64,000 nt of DNA from an uncultured Chlamydiae bacterium (GTDB taxonomy: Bacteria > Chlamydiota > Chlamydiia > Chlamydiales > Parachlamydiaceae): positions 1,312,001-1,376,000 of the forward strand of contig CAVWGN010000001.1 of assembly GCA_963754655.1 (NCBI GenBank). Reading direction: 5' to 3'. This document shows positions 53,440-63,094 of this stretch, piece by piece. The translations under genes were made by a program, and so were the position numbers. A model generated the notes under the pieces. The model worked only from the letters and a program-made list of their open reading frames with translations. It did no database searches and had not been told where the DNA came from. Numbering within the stretch: the first letter of the stretch is position 1; each line of letters opens with the position of its first letter.

Positions 53440-54144
53440 TTATTCTTTTGCTTTGATAGAATTGAATAAGGCTGGAAGTAAAGAAAGCAAAGCAAGGCCA
53501 ATTAAAGCGATGATCAAGTGAAGATTAAACAGGTGGATAGGATTGATAGGATTTGGCTGCTCGAGAAGAAAACTAAAGCCCCGTCCTGCTTGGGTATAGA
53601 TAAAAACGGATGGAATCATGCCCACAAATGTTGTCCAAGCAAAAACCCAAAAAGAAACTCCAAAAAATGCGCCTGCAAGATTGACAATCCAAAATGGAAA
53701 AAGAGGAATTAAGCGCAAAAAGAGAAGATAGCTAGCGGCGTTTTCGCGAAAGCCTTTTTCAAAGCGATTCAAAAGAGGGGCTGATCGCCGATAAAATAAT
53801 TCTCCAAATGCTGTTCGAGATGCCAAAAAAAGAAGGGAAGATCCAATTGTTGCAGCAGTCGTGACATAGAGGGTACTAAAAGGCTGTATAAAAAGAAAAC
53901 CAGCAATTAAAGAAAGAATAAAAATTCCTGGTAAAGATAATAAGGCATAAAAAATATAGACACCTATAAAAAGAAGAGCGGTAATAATAGGATGATGCTC
54001 ATCAAAATTCTTTAGACTTGAATATAATTGTCTCAAGTTTTCCCATGTCAGAGGATGAAAATGAGCAAAAGCATAAGCAATTGCCATCAAAAAAAGAATG
54101 AATATGAAGGGAAGAAAAGGCTTTAATTGAAGATTCGTCGACAT
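53440..54144 (-). CDS. TVP38/TMEM64 (DedA superfamily) membrane protein
   Basis: SLPG..LSLIAGFLF, ATIGS, LFLRLIPLFPFWIVNL, TFVGMIP. Confidence 0.92.
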   Translation of the reverse strand: MSTNLQLKPFLPFIFILFLMAIAYAFAHFHPLTWENLRQLYSSLKNFDEHHPIITALLFIGVYIFYALLSLPGIFILSLIAGFLFIQPFSTLYVTTAATIGSSLLFLASRTAFGELFYRRSAPLLNRFEKGFRENAASYLLFLRLIPLFPFWIVNLAGAFFGVSFWVFAWTTFVGMIPSVFIYTQAGRGFSFLLEQPNPINPIHLFNLHLIIALIGLALLSLLPALFNSIKAKE

Positions 54145-54170
54145 ATTATCCTGATTTACTCGCTTCAGTC

Positions 54171-54320
54171 CTAGTACTACTCAACCACACTAGTTTTGTG
54201 TATTTAGACTGCTTCAAAGCCCCGGGGTTAGGGTGCTCATTTTTTGCAAAAAATGAGCACCCTAACCCCGGGGCTTTGAAGCAGTCCCAATAGGCTAAAA
54301 CTAATGTAATGGAGTGCTAG
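54171..54320. mobile_element. Minimal element D plus cassette F
   Basis: CTAG..TCAACCACACTAGTTTTG left end, degenerate right end ..GGAGTGCTAG; central CCCCGGGG-TTAGGGTG..CACCCTAA-CCCCGGGG. Confidence 0.85.
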
Positions 54321-54421
54321 ATTTTTAGTTGTGCACTTTCGTCCTTATTAATTCATAATTTAATTGCTGAAAAGAAATTTTTATTTTAAAATTTTTATCT
54401 AATAATCGAGAGGTTTGAATC

Positions 54422-55690
54422 ATGTGTGCTGATATAAAACGCAAAATTAATCCAAATATTTTTTTTGCAATAGCGATTCTTTTAGGTGTCCTAACAGGTT
54501 ATATGCAAAATGCTTTCCTATTCCGCTTAGCGGAAGCAGTCTCTCAGCTATTTATCAATTTGCTTAAACTTGTCAGTTTGCCTATTATTTTTCTCTCAAT
54601 TGTCTCAACGGCTGCTGGAATGGAAAATATGGAACAAATTAGACGTTTGGGACAAAAAGTAGTCAAATATACGCTTTTAACGACTCTCATTGCAGCTTCT
54701 ATTGCATTAGCTTTATTTATTGGCATTAATCCCGTTCGAGAAGGTGTCGTAATGGGTTCAATCCAGGAGTCTGCTTCACCAACCTCTCAACCGAGTTATT
54801 TATCATTTTTTATGCAAATTGTGCCTTCCAATATCATTCAACCCTTTAATGAAAATAATGTCATTGGCGTTCTATTCCTAGCCATGCTGCTAAGCTTTGC
54901 CATCATTTCGCTCCCTTCCCCACATCGTTCGATTTTGCATTCCTTCTTTTCAAGTATTTATGCCGCCATCATCGCAATTACCCGTTGGATTGTTGCGATT
55001 ATGCCCATTGCAATTTGGGCATTTATCACGCTGTTTATGCGAGATTTAAATGAGGGATTGAATGTTAAGAGTTTAGCTCTTTATTTAACGTGTGTGCTTG
55101 CCGCTAACTTCATTCAAGCACTTGTTGTATTGCCGACTCTACTCAAATTGAAAAAAATTTCTCCATGGCGTATGGCTAAAGGAATGTTTCCGGCTTTATC
55201 TGTGGCATTTTTTACCAAATCGTCGGCAGCAGCTCTTCCGATGGCGATGCGGTGTGCAGAGGAAAACGTAGGGATTTCTAGACGCGTTGCGAGTTTTACC
55301 CTGCCGCTTTGCACAACCATCAATATGAATGCTTGTGCAGCTTTTATCTTGATCACTGTTCTCTTTGTTTCCATGAGTCAGGGAGTTGTCTATACCTATC
55401 CTGAAATGGGGTTATGGATTATCCTTTCGACAATAGCAGCCATAGGAAATGCTGGAGTTCCGATGGGGTGTTATTTTTTGGCCAGTGCCTTTTTAGCTGC
55501 TATGAACGTTCCCTTGCACATTTTAGGCGTGATTCTTCCTTTCTATACGTTGATTGATATGTTGGAAAGCGCCATTAATGTGTGGTCTGATTCGTGTGTT
55601 GCAGCTGTGGTGCAGCAAGAAATTTCCAGAGAAATTTCTGTTGAAGCCTCTTCAAAAAACCCTTTACAGGAACCTATCCCCATCGTTTGA
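54422..55690 (+). CDS. Dicarboxylate/amino acid:cation symporter (DAACS)
   Basis: AFFTKSSAAALP, PLCTTINMNA, AIGNAGVP, DMLESAINVWSD. Confidence 0.93.
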   Translation: MCADIKRKINPNIFFAIAILLGVLTGYMQNAFLFRLAEAVSQLFINLLKLVSLPIIFLSIVSTAAGMENMEQIRRLGQKVVKYTLLTTLIAASIALALFIGINPVREGVVMGSIQESASPTSQPSYLSFFMQIVPSNIIQPFNENNVIGVLFLAMLLSFAIISLPSPHRSILHSFFSSIYAAIIAITRWIVAIMPIAIWAFITLFMRDLNEGLNVKSLALYLTCVLAANFIQALVVLPTLLKLKKISPWRMAKGMFPALSVAFFTKSSAAALPMAMRCAEENVGISRRVASFTLPLCTTINMNACAAFILITVLFVSMSQGVVYTYPEMGLWIILSTIAAIGNAGVPMGCYFLASAFLAAMNVPLHILGVILPFYTLIDMLESAINVWSDSCVAAVVQQEISREISVEASSKNPLQEPIPIV

Positions 55691-56011
55691 GGGGATTTAG
55701 CTCATGAGCAGCATGAGTCACTTTCAATATAAAAGAAAATAATGTATAACTTGATATAAAGAGGTTTTGAAATGATACTGCCTATTCCGCCTATCAATAA
55801 CCTTTCAATTTGATCTCATGATTGTTAAGTTAGCCTGTTCATTTCACTTCAAAAAAATGATCAATTAGTTTAATTTCTAATCTTTTTTATTCGCTTGAGC
55901 GAAATTTTTGACATTTCAACCATAAGTGCAAGAATCCTCTGCCTGGTAATTGTGCTTTTTTTATCCAATTTGTTAAAATTGAGTTTAAAATGTCTATTAT
56001 AAAGGAATAAA

Positions 56012-57025
56012 ATGAGCACTTCATCTCCGCTGATGTTCAAGGTCGATCGCCAAACTATCATTCAGCAATTGGGTCCAAATGTTTTAAAAGAATGTTTGGG
56101 TCGTATGCTTTTAATTCGCAATTTTGAGCTGCGAGCAGAAGCAGCTTACCAACGAGGAGAAATCGGAGGTTTTTTTCATGCTTATATTGGACAGGAGGCC
56201 ATTCAAATGGCAGCTGTTCAAGCTTTAGGACCTAATAATTGGTATACGACGTCTTATCGCTGTCACGCACTGGCCCTTCTCCTGGGGGCTACTCCAGAAG
56301 AGCTTATGGCGGAACTTTTTGGAAGAGCAACGGGAAATGCAAAGGGGCGCGGCGGTTCCATGCATTTTTTTACCGATCGCTTGCTGGGCGGTTTTGGAAT
56401 CGTTACGGGGCAAGTGCCTATTGCAACAGGAGCTGCTTTTACTCTTAAATATAAAGGCATTAAAGGTGAAGTGTCGACATGCTTTTTGGGAGATGGAGCT
56501 GTGCCGCAAGGAGCGTTTCATGAGTCTTTAAATTTGGCTGCTCTTTGGAATCTTCCTTGCATTTATGTCATTGAAAATAATCAATGGGGAATGGGCACTG
56601 CTGTTCAGCGGGCTGTCTCTGTGCCTCACTTGGCAGAAGATAAGGCACCTTCTTATAATATGAAAGGGTATACTTTTGATGGAATGGACTTTTTTACTTG
56701 CTATGGAGGGTTTAAATATTTTTTTAATGAAGTTCTTGAAACCGGAAGACCTGTCTTGGTGGAAGCTGTGACAGAGCGCTTTAAGGGACACTCTATTTCT
56801 GATCCAGCCCTTTATCGCACCAAAGATGCGCTTAAGCAAATTATGCAGCGTGACCCCATTGGGATCATGCAACACGCTCTTTTAGAAGCGGGAATCATGA
56901 CAGAAGAAGAAATGAAGGTTCTTGATAAGCAAATGCGAGAACGAGTTTTGGCTGCTATTGATTTTGCTGACAAAAGTCCTTGGCCAGATCCACAAACTCT
57001 GGAAGAAGATGTTTTTGCTCCTTAA
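56012..57025 (+). CDS. pdhA: Pyruvate dehydrogenase E1 alpha
   Basis: GFFHAYIGQEA, GRGGSMH, GDGA..ENN TPP motif, GHSISDP. Confidence 0.96.
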   Translation: MSTSSPLMFKVDRQTIIQQLGPNVLKECLGRMLLIRNFELRAEAAYQRGEIGGFFHAYIGQEAIQMAAVQALGPNNWYTTSYRCHALALLLGATPEELMAELFGRATGNAKGRGGSMHFFTDRLLGGFGIVTGQVPIATGAAFTLKYKGIKGEVSTCFLGDGAVPQGAFHESLNLAALWNLPCIYVIENNQWGMGTAVQRAVSVPHLAEDKAPSYNMKGYTFDGMDFFTCYGGFKYFFNEVLETGRPVLVEAVTERFKGHSISDPALYRTKDALKQIMQRDPIGIMQHALLEAGIMTEEEMKVLDKQMRERVLAAIDFADKSPWPDPQTLEEDVFAP

Positions 57026-57048
57026 AGCTGAAATTGAGGAATTAATCC

Positions 57049-58035
57049 ATGAGTAATGGAAAACAACTTGTAGAATTACGCGAGGCTTTACGCCAAGCAA
57101 TTGATGAAGAGATGGAGCGCGATTCCAATGTTTTTGTGATGGGCGAAGAAGTAGGTGAATACAATGGAGCTTATAAAGTCACTAAAGGGTTATTAGATAA
57201 ATGGGGGCCTAAGCGGATTGTTGATACTCCTATCTCTGAATTAGGATTTGCAGGTCTTTGTGTAGGAGCCGCTATGACAGGTCTTCGTCCTATAGTAGAA
57301 TTCATGAGCTTTAATTTTTCATTTGTAGCGGCTGACCAGCTGATTTCGAATGCCATTAAAATGTATTATATGTCGGGCAATCGGTTTTCTGTCCCTATTG
57401 TTTTCCGAGGTCCAAATGGAGCGGCTGCTCAAGTCTCTAGCCAACACTCCCATTGTGTTGAGGCAATTTATGGCAATTTACCGGGTTGGATTATCCTGGC
57501 TCCCAGCAATCCTTATGATGCCAAAGGGTTGCTCAAGTCCGCCATTCGTAACAATAATCCTATTCTTTTTTTGGAGTCAGAGCTTTCTTATGGTGATAAA
57601 ATGGAGATCCCAGAAGAGGAATATCTGGTTCCCATTGGAAAGGCACGCATTGTTCAAGAGGGAAAAGATGTCACTCTCATTTCGCATAGCCGCATGGTCG
57701 TGATCTGTCAAGAAGTTGTTAGAGAATTGGCAAAGAAAGGAATAAAAGCCGAACTCATTGATCTGCGGACGGTCAAACCCCTTGACATTCCCACTATTGT
57801 GACTTCAGTTAAAAAAACCAATCATGTTGTGTTAGTTGAGGAAGGACATATTTTTGCGGGCATAGCTGCAGAGATGGCATTTCAAATCATGGAACATTGT
57901 TTTGACTATTTAGATGCCCCTATAGAACGAGTGTGTCAACGCGAAACACCTATGCCTTATTCTAAATTTTTAGAACAAGAGACACTTCCTAATGTCAATA
58001 GAATCTTAAAGGCTGTATATAAAAGCCTTCAATAA
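57049..58035 (+). CDS. pdhB: Pyruvate dehydrogenase E1 beta
   Basis: GEEVGEYNGAYKVT, DTPISE, EFMSFNF, FRGPNG, QHS. Confidence 0.96.
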   Translation: MSNGKQLVELREALRQAIDEEMERDSNVFVMGEEVGEYNGAYKVTKGLLDKWGPKRIVDTPISELGFAGLCVGAAMTGLRPIVEFMSFNFSFVAADQLISNAIKMYYMSGNRFSVPIVFRGPNGAAAQVSSQHSHCVEAIYGNLPGWIILAPSNPYDAKGLLKSAIRNNNPILFLESELSYGDKMEIPEEEYLVPIGKARIVQEGKDVTLISHSRMVVICQEVVRELAKKGIKAELIDLRTVKPLDIPTIVTSVKKTNHVVLVEEGHIFAGIAAEMAFQIMEHCFDYLDAPIERVCQRETPMPYSKFLEQETLPNVNRILKAVYKSLQ

Positions 58036-58097
58036 ATTATACTACTCTTCCGGCTAAGTGAATCTGGATGAGCACCTAATAGGATAGGAGAATTTTT

Positions 58098-59417
58098 ATG
58101 CCTTTTACGTTAACCATGCCAAAGCTTTCTCCGACAATGGAAGAAGGTACAATTGTGAAATGGCATAAGAAAGTAGGGGACTTTGTTCAGCCGAGTGATG
58201 TCCTTTTAGAAATTGCCACCGATAAAGCAACTTTAGAATATAATGCTCTTGATGAAGGTTGGCTGCGCCAAATTTTAGTCGAAGAAGGTCAAGAAGCAGT
58301 TGTCAATCAGCCACTCGCCATCTTAACTACGGAAGAAAAAGAAAGGATAGAAGGATATCAACTCCAAGGAATTGCCCCTTCACTCAAAGTTGAACAACAG
58401 GAGAAAGCGCCAGCAGCCCAAGTTCAAGAGAAAGTGCCAATAGCTTCGCAAGAAGGTGTTAAAACAAGAGGAGAAAGCGTTCTCAATCAACCGCAATTTT
58501 TGCCAGAACCTCCTTTGGAAAGTCACACATTTGAGTATCCAACTGAGCGCTTGGAAAAACGTATTTTGGCCTCTCCTCTAGCCAAAAAGCTTGCCAAGGA
58601 GAAAGGGTTAGATCTTTCCACTATTAAGGGGACAGGACCCAACCAAAGGATTATGAGCCGGGATTTAGTGAAAGCTCAATCCGCTGGTCGAGTCAATTTT
58701 GGCCATCGCGAAGTGCCTTCATTTTCTGCTGGAGCGTATGAAGAACAACCTCTTTCACCTATGCGTAAAGTCATTGGTCAGCGTTTACAAGAATCTAAAT
58801 CTTTTATTCCTCACTTTTATGTGACCTACACTTTGGATGCTGACCCTTTGGTTGCCCTACGTGAGCAGCTTAAAAATCAAGAAATTAAACTGACTATTAA
58901 TGATTTCATTATTAAAGCTTGTGCTTTAGCTTTAAGGCAGCATCCTATCATCAATTCGGGTTTTAATTCTGTCAATCAATCTATTATTAAATTTAAAACT
59001 ATTGATATTGCCATTGCGGTGAGTGTTGAAGCGGGTCTCATCACTCCTATTATCCGACAGGCCGACTTTAAAAATTTAGGGGAAATTTCAGTTGAAATTC
59101 GCCACTTAGCTCAAAAGGCAAAAGAAGGTCAATTACAACCCCAAGAGTACAAAGGAGGATCCTTCACCATTTCTAACTTGGGAATGTATGGCGTTGCTGA
59201 ATTTCAGGCTATTCTTAACCCACCGCAAGCAGCAATTTTAGCTGTCAGTGGAATTCAAGATGCCCCTGTTATACGCAATTGTGCTGTTGTACCTGGAAAA
59301 ATTTTAAATTTGACTCTATCTGTTGATCATCGTGTCATTGATGGGGTAGCAGCTGCTCTATTCCTTCAAACGTTAAAAAAAGTATTAGAAAATCCTGCAA
59401 TCTTATTAATTAGTTAA
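58098..59417 (+). CDS. pdhC: Dihydrolipoamide acetyltransferase (PDH E2)
   Basis: MPKLSPTMEEG, lipoyl site TDKA, ASPLAKKLA..GTGP, DHRVIDG. Confidence 0.96.
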   Translation: MPFTLTMPKLSPTMEEGTIVKWHKKVGDFVQPSDVLLEIATDKATLEYNALDEGWLRQILVEEGQEAVVNQPLAILTTEEKERIEGYQLQGIAPSLKVEQQEKAPAAQVQEKVPIASQEGVKTRGESVLNQPQFLPEPPLESHTFEYPTERLEKRILASPLAKKLAKEKGLDLSTIKGTGPNQRIMSRDLVKAQSAGRVNFGHREVPSFSAGAYEEQPLSPMRKVIGQRLQESKSFIPHFYVTYTLDADPLVALREQLKNQEIKLTINDFIIKACALALRQHPIINSGFNSVNQSIIKFKTIDIAIAVSVEAGLITPIIRQADFKNLGEISVEIRHLAQKAKEGQLQPQEYKGGSFTISNLGMYGVAEFQAILNPPQAAILAVSGIQDAPVIRNCAVVPGKILNLTLSVDHRVIDGVAAALFLQTLKKVLENPAILLIS

Positions 59418-59535
59418 CTTGTTCAGGAGTGCAACTTTTATTTATTAATATATTTATCAGTTCTTAACAATGTTTTTATTTGTTTTTTATTAACTTTTAT
59501 TAAATTGTATAATAAATAAATTATGGAAGTGTAAA

Positions 59536-60405
59536 ATGGTTAAAATTAGTAGAGAGCCTCCTTATGATTTTTACACTTATTTCGAGAAGGAAGAAAGTGG
59601 CGTATTGCTAGACGATTGGTATGATGAAAATGTAACTTCTGATCGGGTCTTTGAAGAGGCAGAATTAGCTGATCTTATCTCTCCCTTGATGAAAGGACAA
59701 AATGGAGATAGGATTGAAAAAATTACAAATCAATTTATTGAGAGTTTGTATGCAGTTGCGAATCAAGACCAGCAAACGGAAGGTGAGATTGCAACGGGAC
59801 CTTATCATTCTCCTGGCTCACCGAAGCTAGAAAGTCTTAAATTTACTCAGTCTATTGCCTCACGTTCTTATTCAAGAGATACTAATTTTTATGAAGAAAG
59901 TCATTTAGAGCAACCTTTACGCATACAACATGTTGTCAGTGATATTTTATCTACAGCAGCTTATCTTTTCTTGGGCTGGGATCCGTTAAATGGTCAGAAG
60001 GACGATAAAACAATCAAAGAAATAAAAGCAAATTTGTATAAGAATCGCGTATTTTGGCAGAAGGAGTTAAAAAACTATTACTCTTCTTATTTCCAAGATA
60101 AAATGGAACTAGCCTTTTATAAAGCGGAGCAATTAATCCAAAGTCAGATGGAAGCTCAAAAGTGGGCATTTATTCAACGATTGACACTTTATGCGACTTT
60201 AATTATTGCTGCCGTTGGAAAGTTACAGGGAAACAGGATGATGCTAATGTTCGGATTAAGTGCTTCTGTCGTTACCATTCTCTTTATGATTATCCATTAT
60301 GGATCGACTTCTTTTAAGCACGCGCAACAAGGAGCGGATTTAAGACAATCTCTTACATTAGCCGAAAACTTAAAAAATCTATTTAATGAATGGAATAATG
60401 GCTAG
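59536..60405 (+). CDS. Hypothetical protein with bilobed hydrophobic segment (Inc-like candidate)
   Basis: LTLYATLIIAAVG-KLQGNR-MMLMFGLSASVVTILFMII hydrophobic hairpin; hydrophilic N-terminus with no signal peptide. Confidence 0.7.
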   Translation: MVKISREPPYDFYTYFEKEESGVLLDDWYDENVTSDRVFEEAELADLISPLMKGQNGDRIEKITNQFIESLYAVANQDQQTEGEIATGPYHSPGSPKLESLKFTQSIASRSYSRDTNFYEESHLEQPLRIQHVVSDILSTAAYLFLGWDPLNGQKDDKTIKEIKANLYKNRVFWQKELKNYYSSYFQDKMELAFYKAEQLIQSQMEAQKWAFIQRLTLYATLIIAAVGKLQGNRMMLMFGLSASVVTILFMIIHYGSTSFKHAQQGADLRQSLTLAENLKNLFNEWNNG

Positions 60406-61108
60406 TACTCAACCACACTAGTTTTGTGTATTTAGACTGCTTCAAAGCCCCGGGGTTGAATTGGCGTAAGTGGTCAATATTAGCACAATATGGACCCAAT
60501 TACGCCAATTCAACCGTGGGGCTAGGGTGTTCATTTTGTGCAAAAAATAAGCGTAATAATTGGCATAATTAAATTGAAGGTCGCATGTTTATGCCGTCCT
60601 TTCAGGACTCGATGTCTTTTTGATAGAACCCAGGCCTCCGCTTCGCTGCGACCTGGGCTGTAACATGACGGCCCTTCAGGCCTTAACAAAAGAGATTTAA
60701 GTCCCTCTTCTATAGTCCATAAATAGTCCTTTTGTTAAGGCTTAAAGGGCCGGCCCTTCAGGCTTAACAAGAGATGTTTAAGTCCCTCTTCTATAGTCCC
60801 TAAATCATCTTTTTGTTAAGGCTTGAAGGGCCGTCATGTTACAGCCCAGGTCGCAGCGAAGCGGAGGCCTGGGTTCTATCAAAAAGACATCGAGTCCTGA
60901 AAGGACGGCATAAACATACGACTTTCAATTTAACTATGCCAATTATTGTAAAAAATAAAGCTCATTTTTTGCACAAAATGAACACCCTAGCCCCGGATTG
61001 AATTGGCGTAACTGGGTCCATATTGCTAATATTGACCCACTTACGCCAATTCAACCCCGGGGCTTTGAAGCAGTCTAAATACACAAAACTAATGTGGTTG
61101 AGTACTAG
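60402..61108. mobile_element. Full nested palindrome D-E-B-E'-D' (707 bp)
   Basis: CTAG ends; inverted arms from the termini to a duplicated central core; left CTAG overlaps the TAG stop of 59536-60405. Confidence 0.92.
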
Positions 61109-61153
61109 TCTATAGTTCTTATATATTTTGAATAAGTTAAAATTAGTATCAAT

Positions 61154-62218
61154 TTAAGTTTTTTTAGCGGATTTAAGAGTTTCTAAAATTTCAACTCGTT
61201 TAGATAAAGCCTTTAGCTGTTCAATGAATTTTTCAATATTACGTAAAAACACTCGATTGCGATTATACTCTTCTATAGGAACGGCAGGTGTTCCTCCATA
61301 CTTGCCCGTAGGAAGTGATTTTGTCACTCCGCCTTGGCCGGCTACCGTGACGCCATCACTTAAACGCAAGTGACCTGCAATTGCTACATGTCCAGCTAAG
61401 ACAACATAGCGGCCAGTCGTCGTAGAACCTGCAATTCCAGTTTGCGCGACAATAATGTTATGGGCCCCTAGAATAACACCATGCCCTAATTGAACAAGAT
61501 TATCTAATTTGCTTCCTTGCCCTACGGTTGTGCTTTTGAATCTCGATCTATCAATGGTTGAATTAGCGCCTATTTCGACATCATCCTCAATGATCACAAT
61601 GCCGACTTGATTTAATTTAATATGTCTGCCTTGCTGGTCAGTCGTATAGCCGAATCCGCAAGATCCAATCACTGCTCCTGGTTGAATAATGACCCGTTGG
61701 CCGATTTGGCACCTTTCCCGAATAATGACTCGCGGATGAATCAGGCAATCAGATTTAATTATTGTATCAGGTCCAATATAAGCACCCGCTCCAATAAAAG
61801 TTCTTGCCCCAATTTTTACTCCTTCATCAATGACTGCATAGGGTCCAATCGTGACACCTTCTTCTAATATTGCTGTTTCATGAATCACTGCCGAAGGATG
61901 AATGCCTTTAAAACCCGATGGGGTAAGACGCACTGGATGAAGAATGTCGACCAATTGTTGAAAAGCACGTGAGGGTTGTTCAGAAATAAGATAGTTTTTG
62001 CCCTCGATTAAAGAGGTTTGAGGATCTATAAAAATCACGCCAGCATTTGAGTTTCTTAGGGCTTGTTGATAGCGTGGATTAGAAAAAAAAGAACCATCTT
62101 GAAGAGTTGCTGTTTCTAAATCGGCAACACCAAAAATCAGGTGTTGAGGATTCCCTACCAGCCGACAACTCGTCAAAGTTGCAAGAGTCGCAAGATCAAA
62201 AGATTTTTTGGAAATCAT
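61154..62218 (-). CDS. lpxD: UDP-3-O-acyl-glucosamine N-acyltransferase
   Basis: Hexapeptide repeats, IGSCGFGY, EIGANSTIDR, KLDNLVQLGH, AQTGIAGS. Confidence 0.96.
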   Translation of the reverse strand: MISKKSFDLATLATLTSCRLVGNPQHLIFGVADLETATLQDGSFFSNPRYQQALRNSNAGVIFIDPQTSLIEGKNYLISEQPSRAFQQLVDILHPVRLTPSGFKGIHPSAVIHETAILEEGVTIGPYAVIDEGVKIGARTFIGAGAYIGPDTIIKSDCLIHPRVIIRERCQIGQRVIIQPGAVIGSCGFGYTTDQQGRHIKLNQVGIVIIEDDVEIGANSTIDRSRFKSTTVGQGSKLDNLVQLGHGVILGAHNIIVAQTGIAGSTTTGRYVVLAGHVAIAGHLRLSDGVTVAGQGGVTKSLPTGKYGGTPAVPIEEYNRNRVFLRNIEKFIEQLKALSKRVEILETLKSAKKT

Positions 62219-62285
62219 ATCACCAATTGTTTATTTGATAGTTGAAAAAGCTAATGTGCCAGAGTGTTAAGGAGAGGCTAAAAGG

Positions 62286-62327
62286 ACCTAAAGGACAAGA
62301 GGTATGTTTTCCCTTTGTCCTTTAGGT
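62286..62327. other. Intergenic hairpin between skp and lpxD
   Basis: ACCTAAAGGACAA-N16-TTGTCCTTTAGGT (13-bp arms). Confidence 0.5.
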
Positions 62328-62347
62328 ATTTGATTCCCATAGTCAAA

Positions 62348-63058
62348 TTAACGTTGCTTAGAGGGATTTTCCTTTTGCTCTGCATCAAAAATGATATTCA
62401 TTTTAGCAATGATGCGATCTGAAATATCAAGACGAGGAACATAAAAAGTACAGGCCTCATCAGTGAAAATGACATCAACGGGTTGCCCGTTGGAGGTGTC
62501 TTGAGCGACTTGAGCAGAAGCTCTGCCAATCACATCTGTCAGCTTTTGGATAATTTTGACATTAGCTTGTTGAAGAGTCTGCATGTATTGACTTTGCAAT
62601 TGCATTCCTTCATTGCGCATCGTGCGTCTTTTGCTTTTGAGTTCGCTAGCTGCTTCATCTGAAATGCTATCCATATAGTCATCATCATTCAATTTGGATT
62701 CCATTTCCTCTAAAGCTTTTTCCTTTCCTTGCAGCACAGATTCCATTTGGCTTTTCATTTTTTCAAAATTGACTTGTTCTTGTTTTCCTAATTTCGATTC
62801 TTCTAAACATTTTTTTGTATTGACAATCCCAATTCTAAGAGATTGATTCGTTGCATTATTTTGATTACCAACTGAGTAGGTTTGCTGAGCAGTCGAAACT
62901 TGATTTCCTGTTGGATAGTTTTGTTGAGGAGTTGCTGTGTAGTTTTGAGAGGTGCCGACTGAATAATTGGAATTAGGTTGTTGAGCATAAGCCAAGATAT
63001 TTAAAACGCCAACCATTAAAGTAGCGAGACTAAACGATAAAAAACGTAAATGTTTCAT
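62348..63058 (-). CDS. skp: OmpH/Skp periplasmic chaperone
   Basis: Signal peptide, RIGIVN..CLEESKLGK, coiled-coil, DISDRII; lies between bamA and lpxD; start at MKHLRF after a GGAG SD. Confidence 0.9.
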   Translation of the reverse strand: MKHLRFLSFSLATLMVGVLNILAYAQQPNSNYSVGTSQNYTATPQQNYPTGNQVSTAQQTYSVGNQNNATNQSLRIGIVNTKKCLEESKLGKQEQVNFEKMKSQMESVLQGKEKALEEMESKLNDDDYMDSISDEAASELKSKRRTMRNEGMQLQSQYMQTLQQANVKIIQKLTDVIGRASAQVAQDTSNGQPVDVIFTDEACTFYVPRLDISDRIIAKMNIIFDAEQKENPSKQR

Positions 63059-63094
63059 AATTTCTCCTTGTTGTAATTCCTTTATCATGCCATT

